Assembly (NCBI GenBank): GCA_963997635.1
Contig: CAXEND010000013.1
Span: 1,279 to 65,278, forward strand
Direction of reading: 5' to 3'
Length of the DNA: 64,000 nucleotides
From: an uncultured Rhodospirillaceae bacterium
GTDB taxonomy: Bacteria > Pseudomonadota > Alphaproteobacteria > UBA828
In this document: positions 10,206 to 20,643 of the stretch, piece after piece
Layout of the letters: every line of letters begins with the position of its first letter
How positions within the stretch are numbered: position 1 is the first letter of the stretch
The notes under the pieces: model-generated
The model's input: the letters and a program-made list of their open reading frames with translations, nothing else
Databases searched by the model: none
Told to the model about the DNA's origin: nothing
Made by a program: the position numbers and the translations under genes

Positions 10206-11386
10206 TGAACATAATCAAAAATACAAAAGAATTACCTTTAATTTATATTATTGCGGGGGAACCCTCTGGAGATTTATTGGGAGCTAACCTGATGTGTTCT
10301 TTAATTAAATTAACAGATGGAAAAATCAGATTTGCAGGAGTTGGTGGATCAAGAATGAAAGCAGCGGGGCTTAAAAGTCTCTTTCCAATGGAAGATATAA
10401 GCCTTATGGGTTTCATTGAAATACTTCCTCACTTACCACTTATATTTAAAAGATTAACACAGGTTAAGAAAGATATTAATAAAAATAAACCAAGATGTGT
10501 TATAACCATAGACTCTCCAGAATTTAATTTTCGAGTAGGTAAATCAATAAAAGATCCCAATATATACATTATTCACTATGTAGCTCCAACGGTATGGGCT
10601 TATAGACCAAAACGTGCAGAAAAAATTTCTAAATTTCTAGATTTATTGCTTGTTTTATTTCCATTTGAGCCAACATATTTTGAAAAAGTAGGTTTAGAAA
10701 CAACCTTCGTTGGCCACCCACTTGCTAAAAAAAATATTAAAAATATTGATCCTAGGGTTCTACTAAGAGATATAGACTTCAAGGAAGACAATATTTATAT
10801 TACAATCTTACCTGGAAGCCGAAAAACAGAAATAAAACGTCATATATCTTTATTTGAAAAAGCTCTTAGACCTTTGGCGGTAAAAAATAAAAAAATTGTC
10901 TTTCTCCTCCCTATAGCCGATAATTTAAGAAAAGAATATATACAAAAACAAATTCAGAATTGGTCTATTCCAGTTCATATTTTAAGTGGTGAAGAACAAA
11001 AATATACAGCATTTAAAATTAGCAGAGCAGCACTGGCAGTATCTGGTACTGTGACTCTAGAATTGGCCATAGCCGGCCTACCTATGATAGTTGTATATCG
11101 AGCAAACCCAATAACTGCTGCTATAGCAAAAAGAATAATAAAATTAAAAAATATTTCTTTAGGTAATATTCTCCTAGGAAAGAGTGTAGCAACTGAGCTT
11201 CTGCAAGAAAATGCTACTCCTAAAAACATTACAGATTCTTTATGGAGTTTGATAATTGATAGTCCTTCAAGAGACCTTCAAATAAATGAATGGAAAAAAA
11301 TTCCTGATTTATTAACGACTGAAAATAAAGATAGCCCAAGTAATCAAGCAGCATCTGCAATTTTAAAAAAGATAAATTTAATCTAA
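10205..11386 (+). CDS. lpxB: lipid-A-disaccharide synthase
   Basis: Glycosyltransferase family 19-like, 393 aa. The start overlaps the lpxI stop by 1 nt. Confidence 0.88.
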   Translation: MNIIKNTKELPLIYIIAGEPSGDLLGANLMCSLIKLTDGKIRFAGVGGSRMKAAGLKSLFPMEDISLMGFIEILPHLPLIFKRLTQVKKDINKNKPRCVITIDSPEFNFRVGKSIKDPNIYIIHYVAPTVWAYRPKRAEKISKFLDLLLVLFPFEPTYFEKVGLETTFVGHPLAKKNIKNIDPRVLLRDIDFKEDNIYITILPGSRKTEIKRHISLFEKALRPLAVKNKKIVFLLPIADNLRKEYIQKQIQNWSIPVHILSGEEQKYTAFKISRAALAVSGTVTLELAIAGLPMIVVYRANPITAAIAKRIIKLKNISLGNILLGKSVATELLQENATPKNITDSLWSLIIDSPSRDLQINEWKKIPDLLTTENKDSPSNQAASAILKKINLI

Positions 11387-11430
11387 GTTAAATAACTATT
11401 AGTTCTGTTATGATAAAAAGGAAAAATCAA

Positions 11431-11850
11431 ATGAGTGTAACTTCCCAAGATATTCTAAAAAACTCTAGACTCTTACATACTATGATCCGCGTTAAAGATT
11501 TAGACCTATCTTTGAAGTTTTATACAGAGTTATTAGGAATGAATTTACTTAGAAAAAATGACTATCCTACAGGCAAATTTACACTTGCTTTTGTCGGGTA
11601 TGGAGATGAAGAAAATCATACTGTTATTGAATTAACGCATAACTGGGATCAAGACGATCCTTATGAACATGGTGATGGATTTGGACACATAGCAATTAGT
11701 GTAGAAGATGCTTATAAAGTATGTGAAAAACTTTCTATAGAGGGTGTCAAAATCCCAAGACCAGCAGGGCCTATGAAAGGTGGGACAAGAGTAATAGCAT
11801 TCATTGAAGACCCTGATGGATACAAAATCGAGCTTATACAAAGAAGCTAA
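11431..11850 (+). CDS. gloA: lactoylglutathione lyase (glyoxalase I)
   Basis: VOC-fold protein ([17 protein letters not shown]...GHIAI). The ATG at 11431 is the likely start. Confidence 0.85.
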   Translation: MSVTSQDILKNSRLLHTMIRVKDLDLSLKFYTELLGMNLLRKNDYPTGKFTLAFVGYGDEENHTVIELTHNWDQDDPYEHGDGFGHIAISVEDAYKVCEKLSIEGVKIPRPAGPMKGGTRVIAFIEDPDGYKIELIQRS

Positions 11851-11890
11851 ATAGCACGCTCTTTCTATAATCATCAATAGCAGATAGTAT

Positions 11891-13186
11891 TTACTTTCGT
11901 TGATCTAGAGGTGTATAAGGCCTTGAAGGAGATCCAGTATATAACTGACGAGGACGTCCAATCTTTTGCTCAGGATCTTCAATCATTTCCTTCCACTGTG
12001 CTACCCATCCAACAGTCCTTGCTATGGCAAAAATAACTGTAAAAAGATGTGTAGGAATTCCCATTGCACTTAATATTAAACCCGAATAAAAGTCTACATT
12101 TGGGTATAATTTCCTCTCAACAAAATAGTCATCCTCCAAAGCAATACGCTCAAGCTCCATAGCTATGTCTAACATCGCATTATCGATTCCAAGATCATCT
12201 AATACCTGATGACAAGTTTGTCGCATAACCTTCGCTCTTGGATCATAATTTTTGTAAACACGATGGCCAAAACCCATAAGGCGAAATGGATCGTCCTTAT
12301 CTTTAGCTTTTTTAACAAAAGTAGCAATTTGATCTTTGCTTCCTATCTCCTCTAACATCTGAACAACTGCTTCATTTGCTCCACCGTGTGCTGGCCCCCA
12401 AAGTGTAGCAATACCTGCTGCAATACATGCGTATGGATTAGCACCAGATGATCCAGCGAGTCTAACTGTCGATGTAGAAGCATTTTGTTCATGATCGGCG
12501 TGCAATATCAAAATTTGATCCATTGCCCTAGCTTGTACTGGATTAATCTCATAGTCTTCACAGGGAACTGCAAACATCATATGAAGAAAATTTTCTGAAT
12601 ATGTTAAATCATTACGTGGATACACAAAAGGCTGACCAACATTATATTTGTATGCCATAGCTGCTATTGTAGGCATTTTTGCTAATAATCTATGAGAGGC
12701 AATCATTCGGTGATAAGGATCCTGAATATCAGTAGCATCATGATAAAATGCAGCTAAGGCCCCTACAACACCAATCATTACAGCCATTGGATGGGCATCC
12801 CTTCGGAAACCTCTATATAGATAATTTATTTGCTCATGAACCATTGTGTGGTGTGTAATTGTATATTCGAACTTCTGTTTCTCTTGTAAGCTTGGTAACT
12901 CACCATTGAGTAGGAGATAAGAGACTTCTAAAAAATCACTTTTTTCTGCTAATTCTTCTATTGGATACCCTCTATGCAAAAGTATTCCTTGCTCTCCATC
13001 AATATAAGTTATTGCTGATGCACAAGAACCTGTCGCTGTAAAACCTGGATCATAAGTAAAATGTCCAGTTTGCGAATATAATTTTCTTACATCTATTACA
13101 GAAGGTCCTAGAGTGCCAGATAAGACTGGCAAATCTAGAGCTAAACCTAATTTATCCTCCGATAATTTAAAGCTATTATCTGACAA
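11891..13186 (-). CDS. gltA: citrate synthase
   Basis: Citrate synthase signature [14 protein letters not shown], 431 aa. Confidence 0.95.
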   Translation of the reverse strand: MSDNSFKLSEDKLGLALDLPVLSGTLGPSVIDVRKLYSQTGHFTYDPGFTATGSCASAITYIDGEQGILLHRGYPIEELAEKSDFLEVSYLLLNGELPSLQEKQKFEYTITHHTMVHEQINYLYRGFRRDAHPMAVMIGVVGALAAFYHDATDIQDPYHRMIASHRLLAKMPTIAAMAYKYNVGQPFVYPRNDLTYSENFLHMMFAVPCEDYEINPVQARAMDQILILHADHEQNASTSTVRLAGSSGANPYACIAAGIATLWGPAHGGANEAVVQMLEEIGSKDQIATFVKKAKDKDDPFRLMGFGHRVYKNYDPRAKVMRQTCHQVLDDLGIDNAMLDIAMELERIALEDDYFVERKLYPNVDFYSGLILSAMGIPTHLFTVIFAIARTVGWVAQWKEMIEDPEQKIGRPRQLYTGSPSRPYTPLDQRK

Positions 13187-13391
13187 TTTCTTTTACCTCT
13201 TTGATGATCACTATCGTTGGTCACATAGAATCTTAAAATTCGAGATCACAAAGATTATTTGACACATGATTAAAATCTTTGCTTAAAATTTATTCTTTAA
13301 TCTATTAATTAATTATAATAAATAAATCAAAGGACAACATTTAAATATTGAGATTGTATTATACTACAAAGAAGTAAGAAAAACCATAATC

Positions 13392-14795
13392 CTATTTCTT
13401 AACAGCATCAGAGATCCTTTTTATAACTTCAGACCTACCGAGCACAAAAATAATAGAAAAAATTCCGGGTGATGTGTTTGTCCCAGTGAGTGCACTCCTA
13501 ATTGGCTGTGCAATATTGCCAAGTTTAATATTTTCCTTTTTAACAAAACTCCGTACAATTTCTTCTATATGTTCTTCGCTCCAGTCCTTACACTCTAAAA
13601 ATTCATTTGCAATCTTATTGAGAAGAATCTTTGCCTCATTAGTTAGTATTTTTAACGCTTTATCATCATAGGATATAGGTGTTTTTTCAAAAATAAAATC
13701 AATGGATTCAATTATTTGTATTATTGTATTACTTTTTTGTATTAACTCTGATCTCAGATAGATAAACTTATCTTTATTCTCATCAACAGCTTCTTTACCC
13801 CATTTCAAACAAAGTAATCGGTAACATTCATCTAAAATTTTGGAATGATCTGAACTTCTTATGTAATGACCGTTCATATTAATTAACTTATCTAAATCAA
13901 ATCTTGATGGAGATTTACCAATACCATCCAAACTAAACCATTTGATAGCTTGCTCTTGGGAAATCAATTCATCATCACCATGAGACCAACCTAAACGCAG
14001 AAGATAATTACACATTGCCTCAGGTAAAATTCCCATTTTTTCATAGAAACCTAACTCCACAGAACCATGACGTTTTGATAGTTTTGAACCATCTGACCCA
14101 TGAATTAAGGGTATATGAGAGAATTTTGGAGTTTCCCAAGCTAGAGCTTTAAATAGCTGCGTTTGACGGGCTGTATTTGTAAGATGGTCATCTCCTCTTA
14201 TAGCATCAGTTATTCCCATGTCATGGTCATCTACCACTACAGAAAGCATATAAGTTGGGCTTCCATCAGCACGCAACAAAACCATATCATCAACTTGTTT
14301 GTTAGAAATACTAATCTTTCCCTGTACACCGTCATCAAAAATAGTTTCACCCTCAATCAAAGCTTTAAAACGAACTACTGGAGAAATTCCTGGAGGAGCA
14401 TCCTGTGGATCTTTATCTCTCCATGTTCCATCATATCTAACAGGGTTTCCTTGTTTACGTGCTTTCTCTCTCATTTCCTCTAACTCAGAGGCAGTACAAT
14501 AACATTTATATGCTCTACCTGAGTCCATGAGAAAGCTAACAACCTCTCTATGTCGATTTGCCCTTGAATGTTGGAGGATAGGATCACCATCCCATTCAAT
14601 GCCTAGCCATTTTAGTCCATTAAGTATTTGGGTTATAGCATCATCCGTAGATCGAACTCGGTCAGTATCTTCAATTCTAAGGAGAAACTTACCACCGTAT
14701 CTTTTTGCAAATAGCCAGTTAAAGAGGGCAGTTCTTGCTCCTCCAAGGTGTAAAAATCCTGTGGGAGAAGGGGCAAATCGAGTTACTACAGACAT
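13392..14795 (-). CDS. gltX: glutamate--tRNA ligase
   Basis: HIGH-type motif (SPTGFLHLGGARTALFNW) and a KLSKR (KMSKS) motif. 467 aa. Confidence 0.93.
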   Translation of the reverse strand: MSVVTRFAPSPTGFLHLGGARTALFNWLFAKRYGGKFLLRIEDTDRVRSTDDAITQILNGLKWLGIEWDGDPILQHSRANRHREVVSFLMDSGRAYKCYCTASELEEMREKARKQGNPVRYDGTWRDKDPQDAPPGISPVVRFKALIEGETIFDDGVQGKISISNKQVDDMVLLRADGSPTYMLSVVVDDHDMGITDAIRGDDHLTNTARQTQLFKALAWETPKFSHIPLIHGSDGSKLSKRHGSVELGFYEKMGILPEAMCNYLLRLGWSHGDDELISQEQAIKWFSLDGIGKSPSRFDLDKLINMNGHYIRSSDHSKILDECYRLLCLKWGKEAVDENKDKFIYLRSELIQKSNTIIQIIESIDFIFEKTPISYDDKALKILTNEAKILLNKIANEFLECKDWSEEHIEEIVRSFVKKENIKLGNIAQPIRSALTGTNTSPGIFSIIFVLGRSEVIKRISDAVKK

Positions 14796-14886
14796 ATAGT
14801 TTATACTTTTATTTTTTAGAGATTGGATGCTATAGAATTAAATTAAATTTAATTTATGATTGAAGGAAAGACTAGTGACTTAATAA

Positions 14887-15621
14887 TTAACAATCATATT
14901 TTCTTATTATTCCAGCTATGCGTCCTTGAACTTTAACCCTCCCAGGTCCGAAAATACGGGTTTCATGGTTTAAATTTTCAGGTTCTAGAGCAATAGATTC
15001 TCCCTTACGCCTGATTCTTTTTAGCGTGACCTCATTATCATCAATTAAAGCAACAATAATGCTTCCATTATCAGCCGTATCAGATCTCTGAATAATAGCT
15101 ATATCACCATCAAATATACCTACATCTATCATAGAATCCCCGGCGACCTCTAATGCATAATATTCTCCGGAACCTAGCAAGGTTGAAGGAACGTCAATAC
15201 TCTCGGTTTCATCTCTTAATGCTTCTATAGGTAAACCTGCCGCAATGCGACCATAAAGAGGTAAAGATACATTTTCTGGACCTAATGAATCTTGATATTC
15301 CGCAGAATAATTACTTGTTTCTTTCCCAAACTTTCCTTCTATTACATTATTTGGCAGATCATTTGAATTTAGGGTTTCAGATCCACCTTGGAAAGATGCA
15401 GGCAGTTTTATAACTTCTAAAGCACGAGCTCGGTGAGGTAATCTTCTTAAAAAACCCCTCTCTTCAAGAGCAGATACTAATCTATGGATTCCAGATTTTG
15501 ATTTTAAAGATAATGCAGCTTTCATTTCTTCAAACGAAGGTGCAACTCCATTACTTCTCATATGGGTATCAATATAAACCAATAATTCTAATTGCTTACG
15601 GGTTAACACAGTTGCCTCCAT
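14887..15621 (-). CDS. lexA: LexA repressor
   Basis: N-terminal winged HTH and a C-terminal S24 peptidase domain with the Ser (GDSM) and Lys (RIRRKG) catalytic residues. It has a long linker, as in alphaproteobacterial LexA. Confidence 0.92.
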   Translation of the reverse strand: MEATVLTRKQLELLVYIDTHMRSNGVAPSFEEMKAALSLKSKSGIHRLVSALEERGFLRRLPHRARALEVIKLPASFQGGSETLNSNDLPNNVIEGKFGKETSNYSAEYQDSLGPENVSLPLYGRIAAGLPIEALRDETESIDVPSTLLGSGEYYALEVAGDSMIDVGIFDGDIAIIQRSDTADNGSIIVALIDDNEVTLKRIRRKGESIALEPENLNHETRIFGPGRVKVQGRIAGIIRKYDC

Positions 15622-15651
15622 GCTATGAACAAAACGTAAACTCTTATATCT

Positions 15652-15666
15652 GTTCTACTTTAGTTC
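15652..15666. promoter_or_regulatory. LexA box (GTTC-N7-GTTC: GTTCTACTTTAGTTC), probable autoregulatory SOS operator
   Basis: Matches the alphaproteobacterial SOS box consensus GTTC-N7-GTTC exactly. It sits 31 bp upstream of the lexA start in the moeA-lexA spacer. Confidence 0.75.
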
Positions 15667-15726
15667 GCTTAAACCGTCAAGGATAAGAAAAAATATAAAA
15701 AGCAGTTAATGTAAAATAAATGAATA

Positions 15727-16950
15727 TTAAATTGTTAGTAATGGCTGATCTAATCTCAAAACTTTTACTAGATCTCCAATTTTTGCTGATGGGGCATTAG
15801 GTTCTCTAATAATTAAACAATCTGATTGTGCTAAATTACTAATCATGGAACTATCTTGCTTATCAAACGGTTCAACTTTTAAAAATTCCCCCTCAGATAT
15901 AGTCAACCTCGCCCTTAAATAATCTTGGCGTTCATCATTAGCTTTTAAGGGAGATAATAAATGTGCAGAAGAAAATTCTCTTGAATAATGACATTTAACA
16001 CCAAGCATGGCCTTAATTGCCGGAAGTACAAAAATCTGCGCACAAATTAATGCTGATACAGGATTGCCAGGCAAACCTATAACAATTTTGTCATATAATT
16101 TTCCAAACATAATAGGCTTTCCTGGCCTTATAGCTACCTTCCAAAATTCGAAATTAAACCCTGCTAACTCTAGAGCACTTTTCATAAAATCGTGGTCTCC
16201 AACTGATGCCCCACCAGTTGTAATTAATAAATCAGCTCCCTTTGATGCCTCAATTGCTTCAGCGATAGACTTGGGATCATCATCAGCAATTCCAATTTGA
16301 ATTGAATTAGCACCAAAATTTGAGATAGCAGCTGCCAGGGCTGAACCATTAGAACTTATAATTTGGTTTTCTCCAATTTGCTCTCCAGGTAGAACTATCT
16401 CATTCCCATTAGAAAGAATTGCTACATTTGGCTTTCGAACAACACTAAGCCAAGGAATATTCATCGCCGCCAAGAGGCCTAATGACCTTGGGTTTACCCA
16501 ATCACCTTTATGTAAAAGTTTTTCACCATTCTTAAAATCTAAACCGGCAGGACGAATGTAATCACCTTGATCAGCCGTTAAATTAACCGTTACATAATCT
16601 GCAGATGACATTTTTGAAGTATTTTCTTGAATTACAATACAATTGGCACCAATTGGAACACGAGCTCCTGTAAAAATTCTAACTGCTTCTCCTGCATTAA
16701 TTTTCTTTGGAAAATTTTTTCCAGCAGGGATTTCTCCTACAACCTTTATTTTTACTGGCACTTTGTTTACATCTTCAGCTCTTAAAGCGTAACCATCCAT
16801 TGCTGAAACAGGGAAGGGAGGATGGGTCCTCCTAGCTAAAGCATCTTTAGCAAGAACTCTTCCTAGAGAATTCTCTAAACTTATAGTTTCAGCTGGAAGC
16901 AATTCACATGAATTTGATATTCTCTCAAGAGCAGACTTAACTGATATCAT
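15727..16950 (-). CDS. moeA: molybdopterin molybdotransferase
   Basis: MoeA fold with a TTGGASVGDHD motif. The start is probably the ATG at 16950 (MISVKSALERI). Confidence 0.88.
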   Translation of the reverse strand: MISVKSALERISNSCELLPAETISLENSLGRVLAKDALARRTHPPFPVSAMDGYALRAEDVNKVPVKIKVVGEIPAGKNFPKKINAGEAVRIFTGARVPIGANCIVIQENTSKMSSADYVTVNLTADQGDYIRPAGLDFKNGEKLLHKGDWVNPRSLGLLAAMNIPWLSVVRKPNVAILSNGNEIVLPGEQIGENQIISSNGSALAAAISNFGANSIQIGIADDDPKSIAEAIEASKGADLLITTGGASVGDHDFMKSALELAGFNFEFWKVAIRPGKPIMFGKLYDKIVIGLPGNPVSALICAQIFVLPAIKAMLGVKCHYSREFSSAHLLSPLKANDERQDYLRARLTISEGEFLKVEPFDKQDSSMISNLAQSDCLIIREPNAPSAKIGDLVKVLRLDQPLLTI

Positions 16951-16954
16951 ATTA

Positions 16955-17455
16955 TTAACTTTCAGCAATTAAGCTATTTGATAATTTATATTCTTCCGAC
17001 TTACCACCTGATTTATAAGTTAGCTTTGTATCTGAAATTACCATACTTCTATCAACTGCTTTACACATGTCATAAATTGTTAGAGCTGTTACTGACACAG
17101 CTACCAATGCCTCCATTTCAACGCCAGTTTTCCCGTCCACTTCACATGAACCTTTAATTTCTATGTAATTATTCTCTTTATCAATTTTGAATTCAACAGT
17201 AATTGAGGAAATATTTAAAGGATGACAAAGGGGAATTAATTGAGAAGTATTTTTAGCAGCCATAATTCCTGCCACTCTGGCAACAGACAGGACATCTCCT
17301 TTGGGCAAACCTTCCCTTAAGACTAAATCTAGTGTTTCTGGCAACATAGAAACTCTTGAATAAGCATTAGCTATCCTACGAGAAGCTATTTTATCACCTA
17401 CGTTTACCATATTGGCCCTTCCTTGAGAGTCTAAATGGCTCAGTTGTTTATTCAT
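16955..17455 (-). CDS. moaC: cyclic pyranopterin monophosphate synthase
   Basis: Aligns over its full length to MoaC (HMVNVGDK..., LIPLCHPL, TGVEMEAL). Confidence 0.92.
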   Translation of the reverse strand: MNKQLSHLDSQGRANMVNVGDKIASRRIANAYSRVSMLPETLDLVLREGLPKGDVLSVARVAGIMAAKNTSQLIPLCHPLNISSITVEFKIDKENNYIEIKGSCEVDGKTGVEMEALVAVSVTALTIYDMCKAVDRSMVISDTKLTYKSGGKSEEYKLSNSLIAES

Positions 17456-17482
17456 TGACTCGTTCCTTTTGGGTCAGACTTT

Positions 17483-18280
17483 CTAATTTTTATTGCCTAA
17501 TAATTGGCGTGTCGCTTGGACAAGGTCATTTTGTTTCATTAAGGATTCACCAACTAAAAATCTCCCCACCTTTGAGTGGAGCATCCTTACAATATCTTCA
17601 TTTGAATATATACCGCTCTCAGAAACAACGTCGATTCCTTTAGGTACGAGGGACATTAATCTTTCGGTTGTATTTAAATTTATCTCGAGTGTTTTTAAAT
17701 TACGATTATTTATACCAATAAGATCAACATCTAAATCACATGTTCTTTCTAGTTCTCTTTCATCATGAACTTCTACTAAAACACACAAACCAAGCCTTCT
17801 AGCTTCTTTAGACAAATCTGAGGCTAAATAATCATCAATTGCTGCCATGATTAATAAGATACAATCAGCACCTATCGCTCTGGTTTCATAAACCTGATAT
17901 GGATCAAGTATGAAATCTTTCCTCAAAATAGGCAATTTTACTGCTTTACGAACATCTATTAAATGTTCGTTATGACCAGAAAAATAATTTCTTTCCGTCA
18001 AAACTGATATGCAACTTGCACCTCCAGTTTCGTACTGTAAAGCAAGGTCTACAGGATCAAAATCATCCCGGATAATACCCCTGCTGGGAGAAGATTTCTT
18101 TATTTCTGCTATTAACCCGACGCCTCTATCTATAACAGATTCGGATAATATCTTCTTAAAACCTAAGGTATCTGGTGCACATTCTGCATCAGAGCGTATA
18201 GATGAACTAGAAATAGTTTTTTGAATACGTTTTAGTTCTTCAAGTTTATTTGAGCAAATTTGTGATAAAATATTTTTCAC
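17483..18280 (-). CDS. trpC: indole-3-glycerol phosphate synthase
   Basis: IGPS TIM-barrel, 265 aa, in the trpG-trpD-trpC run. Confidence 0.88.
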   Translation of the reverse strand: MKNILSQICSNKLEELKRIQKTISSSSIRSDAECAPDTLGFKKILSESVIDRGVGLIAEIKKSSPSRGIIRDDFDPVDLALQYETGGASCISVLTERNYFSGHNEHLIDVRKAVKLPILRKDFILDPYQVYETRAIGADCILLIMAAIDDYLASDLSKEARRLGLCVLVEVHDERELERTCDLDVDLIGINNRNLKTLEINLNTTERLMSLVPKGIDVVSESGIYSNEDIVRMLHSKVGRFLVGESLMKQNDLVQATRQLLGNKN

Positions 18281-18291
18281 GACTGCTTTTC

Positions 18292-19308
18292 CTAAGACAT
18301 ATTTGAAATTTCAATAAGATGTTCTAATGTTTTTGTTGCTTTTCCACTGTCAATACCATCTGCAGCAATATTAATCCCATCTTTTAAGTCTTTTGCTATT
18401 CCCCCGATCAATAGCATTGCGCCAGCATTTAATAAAACAATGTCTCTTATAGGGTTTTTATATCCACCTAATAAAGCTCTCATCATCTCTGCGTTTTCCT
18501 CAGATGTCCCCCCCTTTAGGTCATCTAATTTAGCACGTGGTATACCAACATCCTCCGGAATCAAACTAAATTGATTAATTTTTCCTTTGTGGAGCTCCAC
18601 AATATTTGTGGTATCAGTGGTAGTAATTTCATCAAGACCATCTTCGCCATGAACTACCCAAACACGTTCTGAGCCAAATTTGCTTAAAACCCTAGCCATA
18701 GGCTCTAACCATTTTTTGTCATATACACCAATAAGCTGGAACTTTGTATCTGCCGGATTTGAGAGTGGCCCCAAAAGGTTAAAGATTGTCCTTGTTCCGA
18801 GATCAACTCTCGTTGAAGCTACATTTTTCATAGCAAGATGATGTCTAGGAGCATATATAAACCCGATACCTGTTTTTTTTATGCAATTTTCAATAATTCT
18901 CACCTCAGTTTCAGTATTAACTCCTAAAGCTGATAGAATATCAGCAGAACCAGATTTAGATGTTAGAGCCTTATTCCCGTGCTTAGCCACTACAAGACCC
19001 GAGGCCGCTACAACTATAGCCGATGCAGTACTTATGTTGAAAGTTCCACTAGCGTCACCTCCAGTGCCAGCTGTATCAACAGCACCTTCTGGAACATTTA
19101 CTTTTACTGAACGTTCACGCATAATTCGCACACCTCCAGTAAGTTCATCTATAGTTTCACCTCTGACTCTAAGTGCGAGTAAAAGCCCGCCCATTTGTGA
19201 TGGCGTTAGCTCCCCTGCCATCATATTATCAAATATAAAGGCAGACTCATCTTCAGAAAGATAAGCACCACTTCCTACTATATTAAGCAATCTCTTAATT
19301 TCAGACAC
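18292..19308 (-). CDS. trpD: anthranilate phosphoribosyltransferase
   Basis: DTAGTGGD motif, 338 aa. Confidence 0.92.
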   Translation of the reverse strand: MSEIKRLLNIVGSGAYLSEDESAFIFDNMMAGELTPSQMGGLLLALRVRGETIDELTGGVRIMRERSVKVNVPEGAVDTAGTGGDASGTFNISTASAIVVAASGLVVAKHGNKALTSKSGSADILSALGVNTETEVRIIENCIKKTGIGFIYAPRHHLAMKNVASTRVDLGTRTIFNLLGPLSNPADTKFQLIGVYDKKWLEPMARVLSKFGSERVWVVHGEDGLDEITTTDTTNIVELHKGKINQFSLIPEDVGIPRAKLDDLKGGTSEENAEMMRALLGGYKNPIRDIVLLNAGAMLLIGGIAKDLKDGINIAADGIDSGKATKTLEHLIEISNMS

Positions 19309-19329
19309 CGATTATCTCTCATATAGTTT

Positions 19330-19896
19330 TTATAAAATATTTAAAAAGTTTTTTAGTAAATCATGACCATGTTCACTAGCAATACTCTCAGGGTGAAATT
19401 GCACACCGTGGATTTCATATTTTTTATGGGATACTCCCATAATAATACCATCAGAAGTCTGAGCTGTTATTTTTAAATCATCTGGTAGACTTTCTCTTTC
19501 TATAATCAAAGAGTGATATCGAGTTGCTGAAAATGGAGAAGGCAAACCTTTAAATATTCCAGATTCATCATGATGAATAAGACTTAATTTTCCATGTACT
19601 GGTGCGTCTGCACGAGTTATAATTCCGCCAAATGCCTGTCCAATAGATTGATGCCCCAAACAAACACCTAGGACTGGGATAAGACCTGAAATATTATTTA
19701 ATAAATCAACACATATACCAGCCCGGCTAGGGTCAGATGGCCCAGGTGAGATAATGATTCCGCTTGGATTTAACTTAATTGCATCATTTACTGAAATCTC
19801 ATCGTTACGATAGACTTTAACTAGTTGACCAAGTTCACCAAAATAATGAACCAAGTTATATGTAAAACTATCATAGTTATCTATAAGTAAGAGCAT
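19330..19896 (-). CDS. trpG: anthranilate synthase component II / glutamine amidotransferase
   Basis: Class I GATase with a GVCLGHQ catalytic Cys and a C-terminal His/Glu. 188 aa. Confidence 0.9.
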   Translation of the reverse strand: MLLLIDNYDSFTYNLVHYFGELGQLVKVYRNDEISVNDAIKLNPSGIIISPGPSDPSRAGICVDLLNNISGLIPVLGVCLGHQSIGQAFGGIITRADAPVHGKLSLIHHDESGIFKGLPSPFSATRYHSLIIERESLPDDLKITAQTSDGIIMGVSHKKYEIHGVQFHPESIASEHGHDLLKNFLNIL

Positions 19897-19962
19897 TATG
19901 ACTAGCCTGAAAAAACAAAAGTAGTTAGTTAATATACATTAAAAATGGTATGTGAACCAATA

Positions 19963-19990
19963 AACAATTGTTAACCATAACAATTAACAA
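19963..19990. promoter_or_regulatory. palindrome-rich element (TTGTTAA-N9-TTAACAA inverted repeat; AACAATT direct repeat; CAATTG and GTTAAC palindromes) in the trpG / methyltransferase divergent spacer
   Basis: Read directly from the sequence. It is a candidate operator in the 126-bp divergent promoter region. Confidence 0.4.
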
Positions 19991-20022
19991 ATAAGAAACT
20001 TGCTTCATAAGGTTAGGTAATT

Positions 20023-20643
20023 TTGTCAAACAGTAAATATAAAAATATTGCTTTGGCATATGATTTTTTGGATTGGCCATTTGAATATTTTCGTTACAAA
20101 GCAATAAGAAAGAATATTTTTTCTGGGCTTAGCGGGCATATTCTTGATGCTGGTATTGGAACAGGACGAAATATAATCTTTTATCCCAAAAACTCTAATG
20201 TTATTGGAATAGATAATAGCACTCAAATGCTAAAAATAAGCGAGAAACGACTAAGTAATACTAATTCAGATAATATTACATTAGTAGCAAACGATGTTCA
20301 ATCTTGTGCATTTAGGAGTAATACTTTTGATTCAATAGTTGTTACTTTTATGTTTTGCACTTTGAATAAAGAGCAACAGTTAGAAGCACTAAAAGAACTT
20401 CATAGAGTTTTAAAACCTAACGGTATTATCAAAATTCTTGATTATAATTATTCTCAGATACCAATTCGTAAACTTATAATGAAAATTTGGGCACCTTGGG
20501 TATATCTAGCTTATGGGGCTGGGTTTAATAGAGCACTAGACATAAACACAATTAAAGGATCTGGATTAAAAAAAACTTCCCAACATTTTGTATACAAAGA
20601 TATGATCAGTATTTCAACTTTTGAAACCTCAAATGAAAACTAA
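20023..20643 (+). CDS. class I SAM-dependent methyltransferase (Methyltransf_11/UbiE-like)
   Basis: Motif I ILDAGIGTGRN, and an acidic residue after beta-2 (GIDNS). The start is a TTG. The substrate is unknown. Confidence 0.75.
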   Translation: MSNSKYKNIALAYDFLDWPFEYFRYKAIRKNIFSGLSGHILDAGIGTGRNIIFYPKNSNVIGIDNSTQMLKISEKRLSNTNSDNITLVANDVQSCAFRSNTFDSIVVTFMFCTLNKEQQLEALKELHRVLKPNGIIKILDYNYSQIPIRKLIMKIWAPWVYLAYGAGFNRALDINTIKGSGLKKTSQHFVYKDMISISTFETSNEN

